Of a stretch of 64,000 bases of DNA, positions 32,379 through 40,952 are shown in pieces (positions within the stretch are counted from its first letter, which is position 1; each line of letters starts with the position of its first letter). The notes beneath the pieces were generated by a model. That model ran no database searches. It had not been told where the DNA came from and saw nothing but the letters and a program-made list of their open reading frames with translations. A program made the translations under genes and the position numbers. This DNA is from Candidatus Poseidoniales archaeon (GTDB lineage: Archaea > Thermoplasmatota > Poseidoniia > Poseidoniales > Poseidoniaceae). The DNA lies in NCBI GenBank assembly GCA_038106355.1, contig JAYODQ010000002.1:20244-84243 (forward strand), in the 5' to 3' direction.

Positions 32379-33815
32379 ATGGTCATTTCTGCAGAACGTG
32401 GTGAGAGCGTAGATTTCTCCAACCGATTCCTTGATTCTCGAAAAATAGGCAGAGCAATCGACCTCGCCATTGACGAAGGAGCACAGTATGCTGAAGCCCG
32501 ATTGGTTGCACTTACTGAAACTGATATCAAAATGAAAGATGGGCAAATCGAATCAGCGGTCCCTGGGCAACATGTTGGTCTCACACTTAGGGTTCTTGTC
32601 GATGGGTCATGGGGAATTCATTCAACGACCGACTTTCATCAGATTCATGAACAAGTTCCATCAACAATAAAATTAGCAAAGGCTGTTGCAAATCGTAGGG
32701 CCTCACATATTGAACCGATCAACCTTGCAGAAGTTCCAATTTACCAAGACGAAATTCATTGGCGAACCAAAAAAGATGTTCGAACAACAGAGTTAGATGA
32801 AAAGTTAGGATATATGCGTGAGTTTACATCCTCGGTTGCACACGAGTCCATACAATCTGTCAAGTGTGGTTGGATGGACGAGCACATTCACACCGAATTA
32901 ATTACCTCAGAAGGCATGGACAGAGTGTGGTCATTTCAACGAACATTAATGCATGCCACTTTGGAAGGTCGTTCTGGTACCAATGTTATGTCCTACAGAA
33001 CAAGGGTAGGAGGTGAGGGAGGAGTTGAACTTATAGAAAGTGCAGATTTGGATACCCTTGCAAAAAAAGCGGAAACATCAACCGTTCGACTTCTTGGAGC
33101 AAGTTCCGCACCTTCTGGAAAATTACCTCTTGTAGCCGACCCTGACCTCACCGGAGTGTACATCCATGAAGCACTTGGCCACCCTTGTGAAGCAGATTTA
33201 GTTGCTGCAGGTGATTCGTGCCTCGATGGGAAACTTGGACATAAAATTGGAAGTGACATCGTAACAGTGGTGGATGACCCCACGCTCCGTGGCGGCTATG
33301 GAGCATTTCCTATCGATGATGAAGGCCTAAACACACGTGAAAAATTACTCATTAAAAACGGGATTTTGACCGAGTACCTCAATCACCGAGAAACAGCTCA
33401 TCATTTTGGAATTGAACCGAATGCAGGTGCAAGAGCACAGGATGGATTACATCATCCGATGGTACGAATGTCAAATACAATTATTCAAGGTGGTACGCAC
33501 AAAGACCTCGATGACCTTCTTGAAGATATCCAATTCGGCGTCTATGCTTGTGGCTCAAGGGGTGGACAAGTTGACACGGGACGGGGTTCATTCCAGTTTT
33601 CGGCCCAAGAGTCATGGCTCATCGAAAACGGCGAACTCACGACACCACTCAAAGATGTCAGTGTGAGTGGAATGACACTTGAAATCCTCAACAACGTCGA
33701 CGGTCTAACGAAAGACGCAGCAATAGCTTCACCGGGTTTCTGTGGGAAAGGACAAACTGTTCCCGTCGGAGATGGCGGTCCAATCATGAGAATCAAAGAA
33801 GCACTGGTTGGTTGA
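32379..33815 (+). CDS. tldD: TldD metalloprotease (peptidase U62)
   Basis: LRVLVDGSWG, HEALGHPCEAD (HExxxH site), GGYGAFPIDDEG, RMSNTIIQGG. The ORF opens at 32283 inside the upstream gene, so ATG 32379 is preferred. Confidence 0.88.
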   Translation: MVISAERGESVDFSNRFLDSRKIGRAIDLAIDEGAQYAEARLVALTETDIKMKDGQIESAVPGQHVGLTLRVLVDGSWGIHSTTDFHQIHEQVPSTIKLAKAVANRRASHIEPINLAEVPIYQDEIHWRTKKDVRTTELDEKLGYMREFTSSVAHESIQSVKCGWMDEHIHTELITSEGMDRVWSFQRTLMHATLEGRSGTNVMSYRTRVGGEGGVELIESADLDTLAKKAETSTVRLLGASSAPSGKLPLVADPDLTGVYIHEALGHPCEADLVAAGDSCLDGKLGHKIGSDIVTVVDDPTLRGGYGAFPIDDEGLNTREKLLIKNGILTEYLNHRETAHHFGIEPNAGARAQDGLHHPMVRMSNTIIQGGTHKDLDDLLEDIQFGVYACGSRGGQVDTGRGSFQFSAQESWLIENGELTTPLKDVSVSGMTLEILNNVDGLTKDAAIASPGFCGKGQTVPVGDGGPIMRIKEALVG

Positions 33816-33818
33816 AGT

Positions 33819-35204
33819 ATGATTCCAACCGATGCACTGGACAGGCTGCTCACCAAGGCAGATGTGATTGCTGAAGCCTGCAAAGCATCTGAAGTGGAAC
33901 AATGGGAAATCATAGGAATGCAGGGTTACAAAGAAGGCGTCGAGATTGAAGCTGGAAAAATTAGCCTTGCTGGGGGAGGTGGCGAGGGCGGATTTGGTAT
34001 CCGCATTGTGGACCAAGGTCGATTTGGCTTCGCTCATTTGGTCGATGTCCAAAATATTTCGTCGGCAATTGACATCGCAAAAAAAATCGCAAACATCTCT
34101 CCTCAAATCAATGGATTTGAATTACCTTCACTTGAATCTGCAAAGAAGGTCGGGGGTATGTTTGACAAATCTATTGTCGCAACCACTTCAGAAGATCTTC
34201 TGCAAAATGCAGATGACATCCTTGCTCATGTTGCTTCAAAAAATGAACATGCAATCGTTACGGGTGGGGGCATCGAAGTTTCAACTACGGCAACTTGCTT
34301 AATTTCGAGTTCGGGAATTGAAGAGTCGGGAGAGTCTACGCTCAATTCAATCGGCGTACAACTTTCTATAGAGAAAGATACATTTTCGTCGAGTTATGAC
34401 TATCAGAGTTCAAGAACAAAATTGAAGGCCGTGCCTGAATGCATTGACAACGCACTGTACTGGGCTGAAGTGACACAAAATCCAATCAAACACAAACTTT
34501 CCGCAAATGAAGCACCTGTGGTGTTTACCCCCTCTGCCTTTTCCAGCCTCTTCAAGTATATCGTGCCCAATTCTGTCATCGGAGAACGGGTAGCAAGAAA
34601 TATTTCTGTTTGGTCAAATCAACTTGGCAAGCAAGTTGTTGACCCACATCTTACGATTACGAACCACGGAAGATTGGAAGGTGGCCTTGCATCATCATCC
34701 CGAGATGATGAAGGCGTCCCCACACAAGTTTTGCCACTCATTGAGCGTGGTACATTGATGCACACATTGTGGTCTGTTCGAGATGCTGCAGAAATGGTTC
34801 AAGATGGGAAGGTCGAAATGGCTCAATCTACAGGTTCAGCATTCCGTTCGAGCTACCAATCACCGCCTTCAACGTCTTGCTCTGAAATGATCTTAGAATC
34901 CACAAAAAAGAGGCATAGTAGGGACGAATTACTCGAATTAATCGACACAGGGTACATGGTTCAGGACATCATGGGTGCTCACACTGCTAACCCGACCTCG
35001 GGAGATTTTTCTGTCACTTCGAGCACTATTCTGCGAGTTGAACATGGCGAAATTGTTGGTCCGCTTGCTCAAGCCGGAATTTCGGGCAACCTCGTCGCTT
35101 CGCTTCAATCCAATGTTGAACTCGGAAATGAAACTTTTACCAGAGGACGATTCCATCTCCCTGATGTCGCCTTGCAATCAAACATCAAAATCAACCCTGC
35201 TTGA
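33819..35204 (+). CDS. pmbA: PmbA/TldE partner protein (peptidase U62 family, no HExxxH)
   Basis: GFGIRIVDQGRFGFA, SSRDDEGVPTQ, and a GDFSV...GxxV C-terminal pattern. It starts 4 nt after the tldD stop; the paired arrangement is typical. Confidence 0.82.
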   Translation: MIPTDALDRLLTKADVIAEACKASEVEQWEIIGMQGYKEGVEIEAGKISLAGGGGEGGFGIRIVDQGRFGFAHLVDVQNISSAIDIAKKIANISPQINGFELPSLESAKKVGGMFDKSIVATTSEDLLQNADDILAHVASKNEHAIVTGGGIEVSTTATCLISSSGIEESGESTLNSIGVQLSIEKDTFSSSYDYQSSRTKLKAVPECIDNALYWAEVTQNPIKHKLSANEAPVVFTPSAFSSLFKYIVPNSVIGERVARNISVWSNQLGKQVVDPHLTITNHGRLEGGLASSSRDDEGVPTQVLPLIERGTLMHTLWSVRDAAEMVQDGKVEMAQSTGSAFRSSYQSPPSTSCSEMILESTKKRHSRDELLELIDTGYMVQDIMGAHTANPTSGDFSVTSSTILRVEHGEIVGPLAQAGISGNLVASLQSNVELGNETFTRGRFHLPDVALQSNIKINPA

Positions 35205-35376
35205 TTCCCGGTTGGTGCCATCATTTTTTTGAAGGACATTGTTTATACCCTGTCGTCAATGGTGACTTTTACCATGGAGGTAAATGGAGTGTATTGTCTT
35301 CCCCAACCCGCACGAATAACCATCGCCTGTCCTCTCGTCAGGCACAGAGAACACAAGCTTGACGGAGGTTTTGTCA

Positions 35377-37056
35377 ATGAATGATTCTAAATATTCAGAT
35401 TATATTGATGCTGTCTTGAAAGAGATTCCCGATGCATCTCCTGCTGAGATACATTCAGCCTTTGAGAAATATGAAAATGAATTTTATATTCCCCCTCAAG
35501 ATGCTTTGAGGTCTGTTTTGCGTAAGTTCCAGAGTGATATGGATAGCCCTTCCAAATCAAAACCACTTCAACAACGTCAAACAAAAAAAGTTGTTCAATT
35601 CAATGAATTAAAAGGAGATGACAAAGACGTTGAGATTGAAGTCGCCGTAGTAAGCCACAACCTTCGACAGCAACTTATCCGAGGCGAGGAACGACAAATT
35701 GCCTTTGGAATGATTGAAGATTTACCTTGGGAAGATGAACAAAAAAGAACGAGATGGGAGTACAAAGATTGGGGAAGTAATTCTCAATTACTCCCGGGTA
35801 GCATCATACGTCTTGAAGGAGCATCTGTCAATGAATACAACGGTAAAATGTCGATCAACATCAATCAAAGTTCACGAATTGTTGTCCTCCAAGAAGGAGC
35901 CGGGATCTCAGTCAAAACTGAAGATCCACAAGATATTGCCGACCTCCCAAACGACGGTTACGTTACCGTTGTTGGCCGAGTACTATCCATAAAGAACGAC
36001 CAAATTCATCGTAAAGATGGCTCCGGTTCCATCGATGTGGTTCGTGGGAGGCTTGCAGACGCCTCGGGACACATTGGTTTTCTATCATGGGAACCATTTT
36101 CTCACGAGGTCGGTGCGTTAATCAAAATCTCCGGTGCACAAATCAAAACCTTCAGGGACACGCCAGAACTAAATTTTGGTAGGACCACAAAGATTGAACA
36201 ATATCACGATTCAAAATTTTCGTCGGTTGATGACTTAAAGCAATCTTCAATGACCACAATTTCTGAACTGAGGGATGGGACACGAGATGCTGATATTATT
36301 GTCCAAATCACGGAATGGTCGAAACGCACCTTCGAACGAGATGGGCAAGAACGTCACTTATGGTCTGGGCAAGCGATTGACCCAACGGGTACATGCAAAA
36401 TGACGGTATGGGAAGATGTGCCTTTCAAAGCCAATGAAATTCCAATTTTTGTAAAAATTACCTCGGCTCGCATCACGGCTTGGCAAGGTATTCCTGACAT
36501 TATGGTTGATACTGCTTCCCAAATTACTGTCCTTGATGATGCCCCTTGGGATGGAGACATCAACCCTGAATCTCACTTTGTTGAAGTAAGGCTCGACGAA
36601 TTAGCCGCGGGAGGTTCGCGTGCAGGTATTGAAACACAAGGTACCATCGTAAGCATTCGAGACGATTCTGGTCTCATTTTACGTTGTCCTGAGTGCCGAA
36701 AAGTCATGAGAGAGGGGCGATGTTTTGACCACGGTGAACAACAAGGAGAAGAAGACATTCGAATTCGTCTTATTCTTGATGCAGAGGGTTCAACGACTTC
36801 CATCCTTGTTAACAAAGAATCTTCATTGAAACTCACTGGACTCAACGAAAAAGAATTTAAGCAATCCATCCAAGAAGGTCAAGACCAATTTATTATGGAT
36901 TTACGTACACGCCTTCTCACGGCTTATGCTGTCGTCAAGGGAAGGGCCATTATCGATGGCCAAGGCATGATGATTATTGCCTCCGAAATTGAAATTCCGC
37001 AACGAGATCCACAAATGAGGGCGACCGAACTACGTGCAAAATGGGGGTGGAACTGA
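35377..37056 (+). CDS. rpa: Replication protein A, multi-OB-fold subunit with zinc finger
   Basis: Three OB-like repeats (for example VTVVGRVLSIKNDQIHRKDGSGSIDVVRGRLADASGHIGFLSW) and a fourth with CPECRKVMREGRCFDHG. GGAGG lies 8 nt before ATG 35377; the ORF opens at TTG 35359. Confidence 0.85.
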   Translation: MNDSKYSDYIDAVLKEIPDASPAEIHSAFEKYENEFYIPPQDALRSVLRKFQSDMDSPSKSKPLQQRQTKKVVQFNELKGDDKDVEIEVAVVSHNLRQQLIRGEERQIAFGMIEDLPWEDEQKRTRWEYKDWGSNSQLLPGSIIRLEGASVNEYNGKMSININQSSRIVVLQEGAGISVKTEDPQDIADLPNDGYVTVVGRVLSIKNDQIHRKDGSGSIDVVRGRLADASGHIGFLSWEPFSHEVGALIKISGAQIKTFRDTPELNFGRTTKIEQYHDSKFSSVDDLKQSSMTTISELRDGTRDADIIVQITEWSKRTFERDGQERHLWSGQAIDPTGTCKMTVWEDVPFKANEIPIFVKITSARITAWQGIPDIMVDTASQITVLDDAPWDGDINPESHFVEVRLDELAAGGSRAGIETQGTIVSIRDDSGLILRCPECRKVMREGRCFDHGEQQGEEDIRIRLILDAEGSTTSILVNKESSLKLTGLNEKEFKQSIQEGQDQFIMDLRTRLLTAYAVVKGRAIIDGQGMMIIASEIEIPQRDPQMRATELRAKWGWN

Positions 37057-37976
37057 TGGAGCAACGTCAAATTGTCCGTCAACCAAGTGAACTCATGCTT
37101 GCATCTGAATTTGCAAGTTCGCACTTGCATGAAAAGGGACCGGGAGAATATGACCCAACATTTGTGATCACGAAACTCGGTTGTAAGGTGAACAGAATCG
37201 TGGTTGCTGGACTCCTTGAACGATTAGAGGTGAGAGAAACATCAAATGGAACTCAAATGTATCAAGGTCAAATTCGAGACCCAACTGGTCTTTTCTATTT
37301 TTCAGTTGGTGAATATTCGTCTTTGCCACTTCAGGAGTTGATTCACCAACTTCACGAGCGTGTGTCCATGAGCGAACCTATTCTTGTCGGATTGATTGCT
37401 AAAACAAGATGGTACCAATCGGAAGATGGAGGAGTTTACACTTCACTACGACCAGAAGAAATGACTGAAATTACCCGACAACAATATGCAAACTGGCTCC
37501 TTGATGCAGCAGAATCCACCTACAATCGGATTCAATATTGGTCGGCGTCTCTTGAAGTCGAAGCAACGATGGAAGGGTTTGCAGGCACAAATATTCCAAA
37601 ACGAATGCATCAGGCGATGGTAGCAGCACGGCATCATTACGGCGATGTCGACCTCGAAGTATTCAAACTCAATGTCATGCAAGCACTCGATATCGCTGAA
37701 GGAAAAATAGAGGCTGCAACAACACCTCCCCCTGAAATTCGGTTGCCAATGCATGAGGATGGAGAATCGAATGAACAATCTGTTGAGGAACTCATTAAGA
37801 CGGTTATCTCACACTTTGACCAAGGTGAAGGCGTTCAATATCAAACCATCATGTCAAACTCGATGTCGAAAGGTTTCGACAGAGAAACAACTGAGGAGGC
37901 CATAGACCATTTGATTCAAAATGGCGTGATTGAAGAACCGCGTTTTGGATGGTTCGTTCTCATTCTTGGCCAATAG
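37056..37976 (+). CDS. RPA-associated protein (COG3390-like, single OB fold)
   Basis: VNRIVVAGLLERLEVRETSNGTQMYQGQIRDPTGLFYFSVGEY forms an OB fold. The start overlaps the rpa stop (TGATG); alternative ATG at 37041. The acidic C-terminal region looks winged-helix-like. Confidence 0.55.
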   Translation: MEQRQIVRQPSELMLASEFASSHLHEKGPGEYDPTFVITKLGCKVNRIVVAGLLERLEVRETSNGTQMYQGQIRDPTGLFYFSVGEYSSLPLQELIHQLHERVSMSEPILVGLIAKTRWYQSEDGGVYTSLRPEEMTEITRQQYANWLLDAAESTYNRIQYWSASLEVEATMEGFAGTNIPKRMHQAMVAARHHYGDVDLEVFKLNVMQALDIAEGKIEAATTPPPEIRLPMHEDGESNEQSVEELIKTVISHFDQGEGVQYQTIMSNSMSKGFDRETTEEAIDHLIQNGVIEEPRFGWFVLILGQ

Positions 37977-38021
37977 TTTGACCCGTCAAATTGAATACCT
38001 TCACTCAACCTCCTCCGCTCA

Positions 38022-38375
38022 ATGGCTGGTATTGATTTCTTTATCCGTCCCGCGACAGCAACCTCAAGCTCTGATTGGATGCGAATTCCAAATGCTGACA
38101 TTCATGTCAGAATGACAAGAAGATTGACACGAACGGTTCTTCGTGGTGGCGAGGGCGATGACCTCCACGATGAAGGTTCAGAATCCTCGGTGTATAGCGT
38201 TCGTGGGGATTTAAACATGGATGATTACAAAAAAATCGTTGCGATATTCCGTACGGGCCAACCATTTATTCACGACCCGTTTGATGAGCGTGATGTTAAA
38301 GTTATTTTTTCAGTGTTAGAATACGATAGTCAGGATGGTTCATTTTTGTTTGAATTTATTGAAGATGTCATTTGA
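38022..38375 (+). CDS. Hypothetical 117-aa protein heading the type IV filament-like genes
   Basis: No signal peptide, TM helix or recognisable motif. Acidic C-terminal half (SVLEYDSQDGSFLFEFIEDVI). Overlaps the next gene by 11 nt. Confidence 0.5.
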   Translation: MAGIDFFIRPATATSSSDWMRIPNADIHVRMTRRLTRTVLRGGEGDDLHDEGSESSVYSVRGDLNMDDYKKIVAIFRTGQPFIHDPFDERDVKVIFSVLEYDSQDGSFLFEFIEDVI

Positions 38376-38967
38376 TGGTGAAGATATGCGAAGCCTACAG
38401 GAAAAAAGAGAACTTCTCTATGTCATCCGTACATTGGATGTTCTCATTTCATCTGGCGTAGGTTTGGAAGCAGCACTTCACACAATTGGAAAAGGTGGGT
38501 ATGGCGTCATTTCTGAGGACTTTTCAAGCATGATGGAGCGACTTCGAACGGGTAAAACACGCGGGTTAGGGGATGAGCTCAAATCACTACAAAAAACAGC
38601 AGAATCAAAGGGCTATCAACGACTCCTCAATACGCTGTACACGAATGTTACGCAGAATACCGACCTTCTTGATACTCTCAAAAAGCAAGGAACAAGAATG
38701 GAAGAGGAACGAACTGAGGAAGTTGAAAAGTACATTGAAACACTCGGAGGAGTTCCTGAATCGCTGCTCTCGATAGGTATGATTGGGCCAATCATCCTCG
38801 CCATCATTGGGCTTGTTCCCCAAATTATGTCTGGTGACCTTGGAGCGTTTATGAGTTTGCCAGATGCAGCAGTGATGAATTCTGTCGTGAATGTAGGGCT
38901 CATTCTGACGTTGGTTGCAATGTTCTTCATTGGCTTGAAAGCACATACAAAGGACCCTGGGTTGTGA
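38365..38967 (+). CDS. T2SS-F family platform protein, half-size (TadB/TadC/FlaJ-like)
   Basis: Single T2SSF-type domain (LDVLISSGVGLEAALHTIGKG...) followed by TM helices (MIGPIILAIIGLV; VGLILTLVAMFFIGL). Confidence 0.7.
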   Translation: MSFDGEDMRSLQEKRELLYVIRTLDVLISSGVGLEAALHTIGKGGYGVISEDFSSMMERLRTGKTRGLGDELKSLQKTAESKGYQRLLNTLYTNVTQNTDLLDTLKKQGTRMEEERTEEVEKYIETLGGVPESLLSIGMIGPIILAIIGLVPQIMSGDLGAFMSLPDAAVMNSVVNVGLILTLVAMFFIGLKAHTKDPGL

Positions 38968-38973
38968 GATCTC

Positions 38974-39705
38974 ATGATACCACGAATTTTAGAATCCTTC
39001 AATGATTCGCCTTTGATGTTGTATATCCTCATCGTTGCGGTGGCTTGCATTGGCGGAGGAATTCCCCCCATGCTTGAAAGAAAACGCAGAAGGACCATTG
39101 AAAATCAACTCCCAGGATTCCTTGAAGCACTCTCTGATTCGGTAGGCGCTGGGCGTGGCCTTCAAGAAGCGATGAAAGAACAGGCTGATTCTTCTCCCGG
39201 TTTGCTCACTTCGATTCTTCAAGACACATTAAGGGAATCGCACTCTTCTTCTTTTGAAGCAATGTTAGCTTCCTTTGCTGCAAAAACTCGCTCAACCCAA
39301 GTTCAAAGGGTCATGGTGCTGGTTGAAACCGCCCTTCAGCAGGATGCTCCTTTGCAGCCAATTCTATCAGATTTAAGTCGTGATTATGAACGATTAAACG
39401 ATCTCATGAATCAGAGAGAAGTTGAGTTGCAAGGGAGAGGCATTCTTATTATTCTCTTTGTAAGTATTGGCTTACCTGTACTCATCGCATTCATTGTCGG
39501 CCTGTTCGCTCCTGCAAGTAAAGGATATCAAATCTCAGAATTTAATTCAACATTTGCGATGTTTTTTGCTGTCGCCTCCGTGATTGGAGTCGGTGTCACT
39601 GGACGAATGTTGGGTAGACTCAAAGATATGCTTTGGTGGCTTCCGTTGTGGATGGTTCTTTCGATGGGGCTTTACCTTGGTGCAGTAAAAGCCATTGGAG
39701 GATGA
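38974..39705 (+). CDS. T2SS-F family platform protein, second half-size paralogue (TadB/TadC/FlaJ-like)
   Basis: N-terminal TM helix, then RRRTIENQLPGFLEALSDSVGAGRGLQEAM (the classic qLPdfL..la..l.aG motif) and C-terminal TM helices. Confidence 0.75.
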   Translation: MIPRILESFNDSPLMLYILIVAVACIGGGIPPMLERKRRRTIENQLPGFLEALSDSVGAGRGLQEAMKEQADSSPGLLTSILQDTLRESHSSSFEAMLASFAAKTRSTQVQRVMVLVETALQQDAPLQPILSDLSRDYERLNDLMNQREVELQGRGILIILFVSIGLPVLIAFIVGLFAPASKGYQISEFNSTFAMFFAVASVIGVGVTGRMLGRLKDMLWWLPLWMVLSMGLYLGAVKAIGG

Positions 39706-39710
39706 AAACG

Positions 39711-40952
39711 ATGTCAGAACAAATAATAGACCAGTACGGAAGAGTAACGATTTACACCGAACCAAATCACCCATCACCAATTTATCATGTTGAAGGGGAT
39801 ATACAAGCCAACCCTTACGGGGATTTGGCAGCTCTGCTTGAAGATGATGCACTCGAAGAAGTGATGTACAACGGCGGGACGCAATGTGTAAAAGTTGCAC
39901 ATCGAGACCATGGAATGTGCCGAACCAATATTTGGATTGATGATGAATCCGGTCAAATTATATCCAAAAATATCGCATCATTCACAAATGTTCCTTTGGG
40001 TGATGGTCCCGGCATGGTGCCCATTTTTGACGGAAGGCTTCCTGATGGTTCTCGAGTCAACGGAACCATTCCTCCTGTCTCACCCGACGGTCCAACACTC
40101 ACCATTCGTAAATTCAGAGAAGACCCATTGACAATGATTGACCTCATTAAATTCGGGACTGTCAATTCAAGATTGGCAGCGATGATGTGGGTATGGATTG
40201 AAGGCCTTGACAGCAGACCAGCAAATTTCGTCATTGCTGGTGGAACGGGATCTGGTAAAACAACAACACTCAATTGTCTCGGAATGTACATCCCGTGGCA
40301 TAGAAGATTGCTTACAGTTGAGGACACCGCTGAATTGCAAGTGTATCACGACCACTGGTTAAGGATGGAAACAAGAAGGCAACGACCTGATGGAACTTCT
40401 GAAATCGACATGAATGATTGTTTGAAATCAAGTCTACGTATGCGCCCTGACCGCATCATCGTTGGTGAGGTTCGTGGCCCAGAATGTGCAACATTGCTCA
40501 CCGCAATGAATACAGGTCACGATGGTTCGTTTGGCTCACTTCACGCCAACACCGCACAAGAAACTGTTACAAGAATGATCAATCCACCCATGAATGTCCC
40601 TTCAATCATGCTCACCGGTCTTGACCTAATTATCATTCAAGCGCGACTACACGTAAATGGAAGAACCGCACGTAAGATTACTGAAGTTGCGGAAATTGCT
40701 GGTATGGAAGGTGACAAGCCGAGATTGAATGCTATCTGGAAATACAACGCAGCAACAGACCAAATTGAAGAAACCGGTATTCCTTCAAAACTTCGTGAAA
40801 CGATTTGTAGTGCTGCTGGTGTCACACCCGATGTGTTTGAAAAACATGTTCGACAAAGGCAACAAATCCTTGAAAATCTACTTGATAGAGATATTCGAGA
40901 TATTGCAACAGTGACTCAAGTGATTCAAAATTTCTATGCATCTCAACATTGA
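39711..40952 (+). CDS. Type II/IV secretion-family ATPase (TadA/CpaF/FlaI-like)
   Basis: Walker A VIAGGTGSGKTTTLN, Asp box LLTVEDTAELQV, Walker B RMRPDRIIVGEVRG, His box NTGHDGSFGSLHAN. GGAGG lies 9 nt before ATG 39711; alternative ATG at 39702 (ATGA overlap). Confidence 0.9.
   Translation: MSEQIIDQYGRVTIYTEPNHPSPIYHVEGDIQANPYGDLAALLEDDALEEVMYNGGTQCVKVAHRDHGMCRTNIWIDDESGQIISKNIASFTNVPLGDGPGMVPIFDGRLPDGSRVNGTIPPVSPDGPTLTIRKFREDPLTMIDLIKFGTVNSRLAAMMWVWIEGLDSRPANFVIAGGTGSGKTTTLNCLGMYIPWHRRLLTVEDTAELQVYHDHWLRMETRRQRPDGTSEIDMNDCLKSSLRMRPDRIIVGEVRGPECATLLTAMNTGHDGSFGSLHANTAQETVTRMINPPMNVPSIMLTGLDLIIIQARLHVNGRTARKITEVAEIAGMEGDKPRLNAIWKYNAATDQIEETGIPSKLRETICSAAGVTPDVFEKHVRQRQQILENLLDRDIRDIATVTQVIQNFYASQH

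Noticed and set aside
38616-39098. A 160-aa minus-strand ORF, and the similar antisense ORFs at 55799-56335, 15290-15745, 24603-25049 and 33542-34106.
   Set aside because: Each lies opposite a gene with strong family motifs (T2SS-F proteins, ABCE1, PKD protein, AstE/AspA, TldD/PmbA). Their compositions are Ser/Arg/Pro-skewed. They are shadow ORFs.
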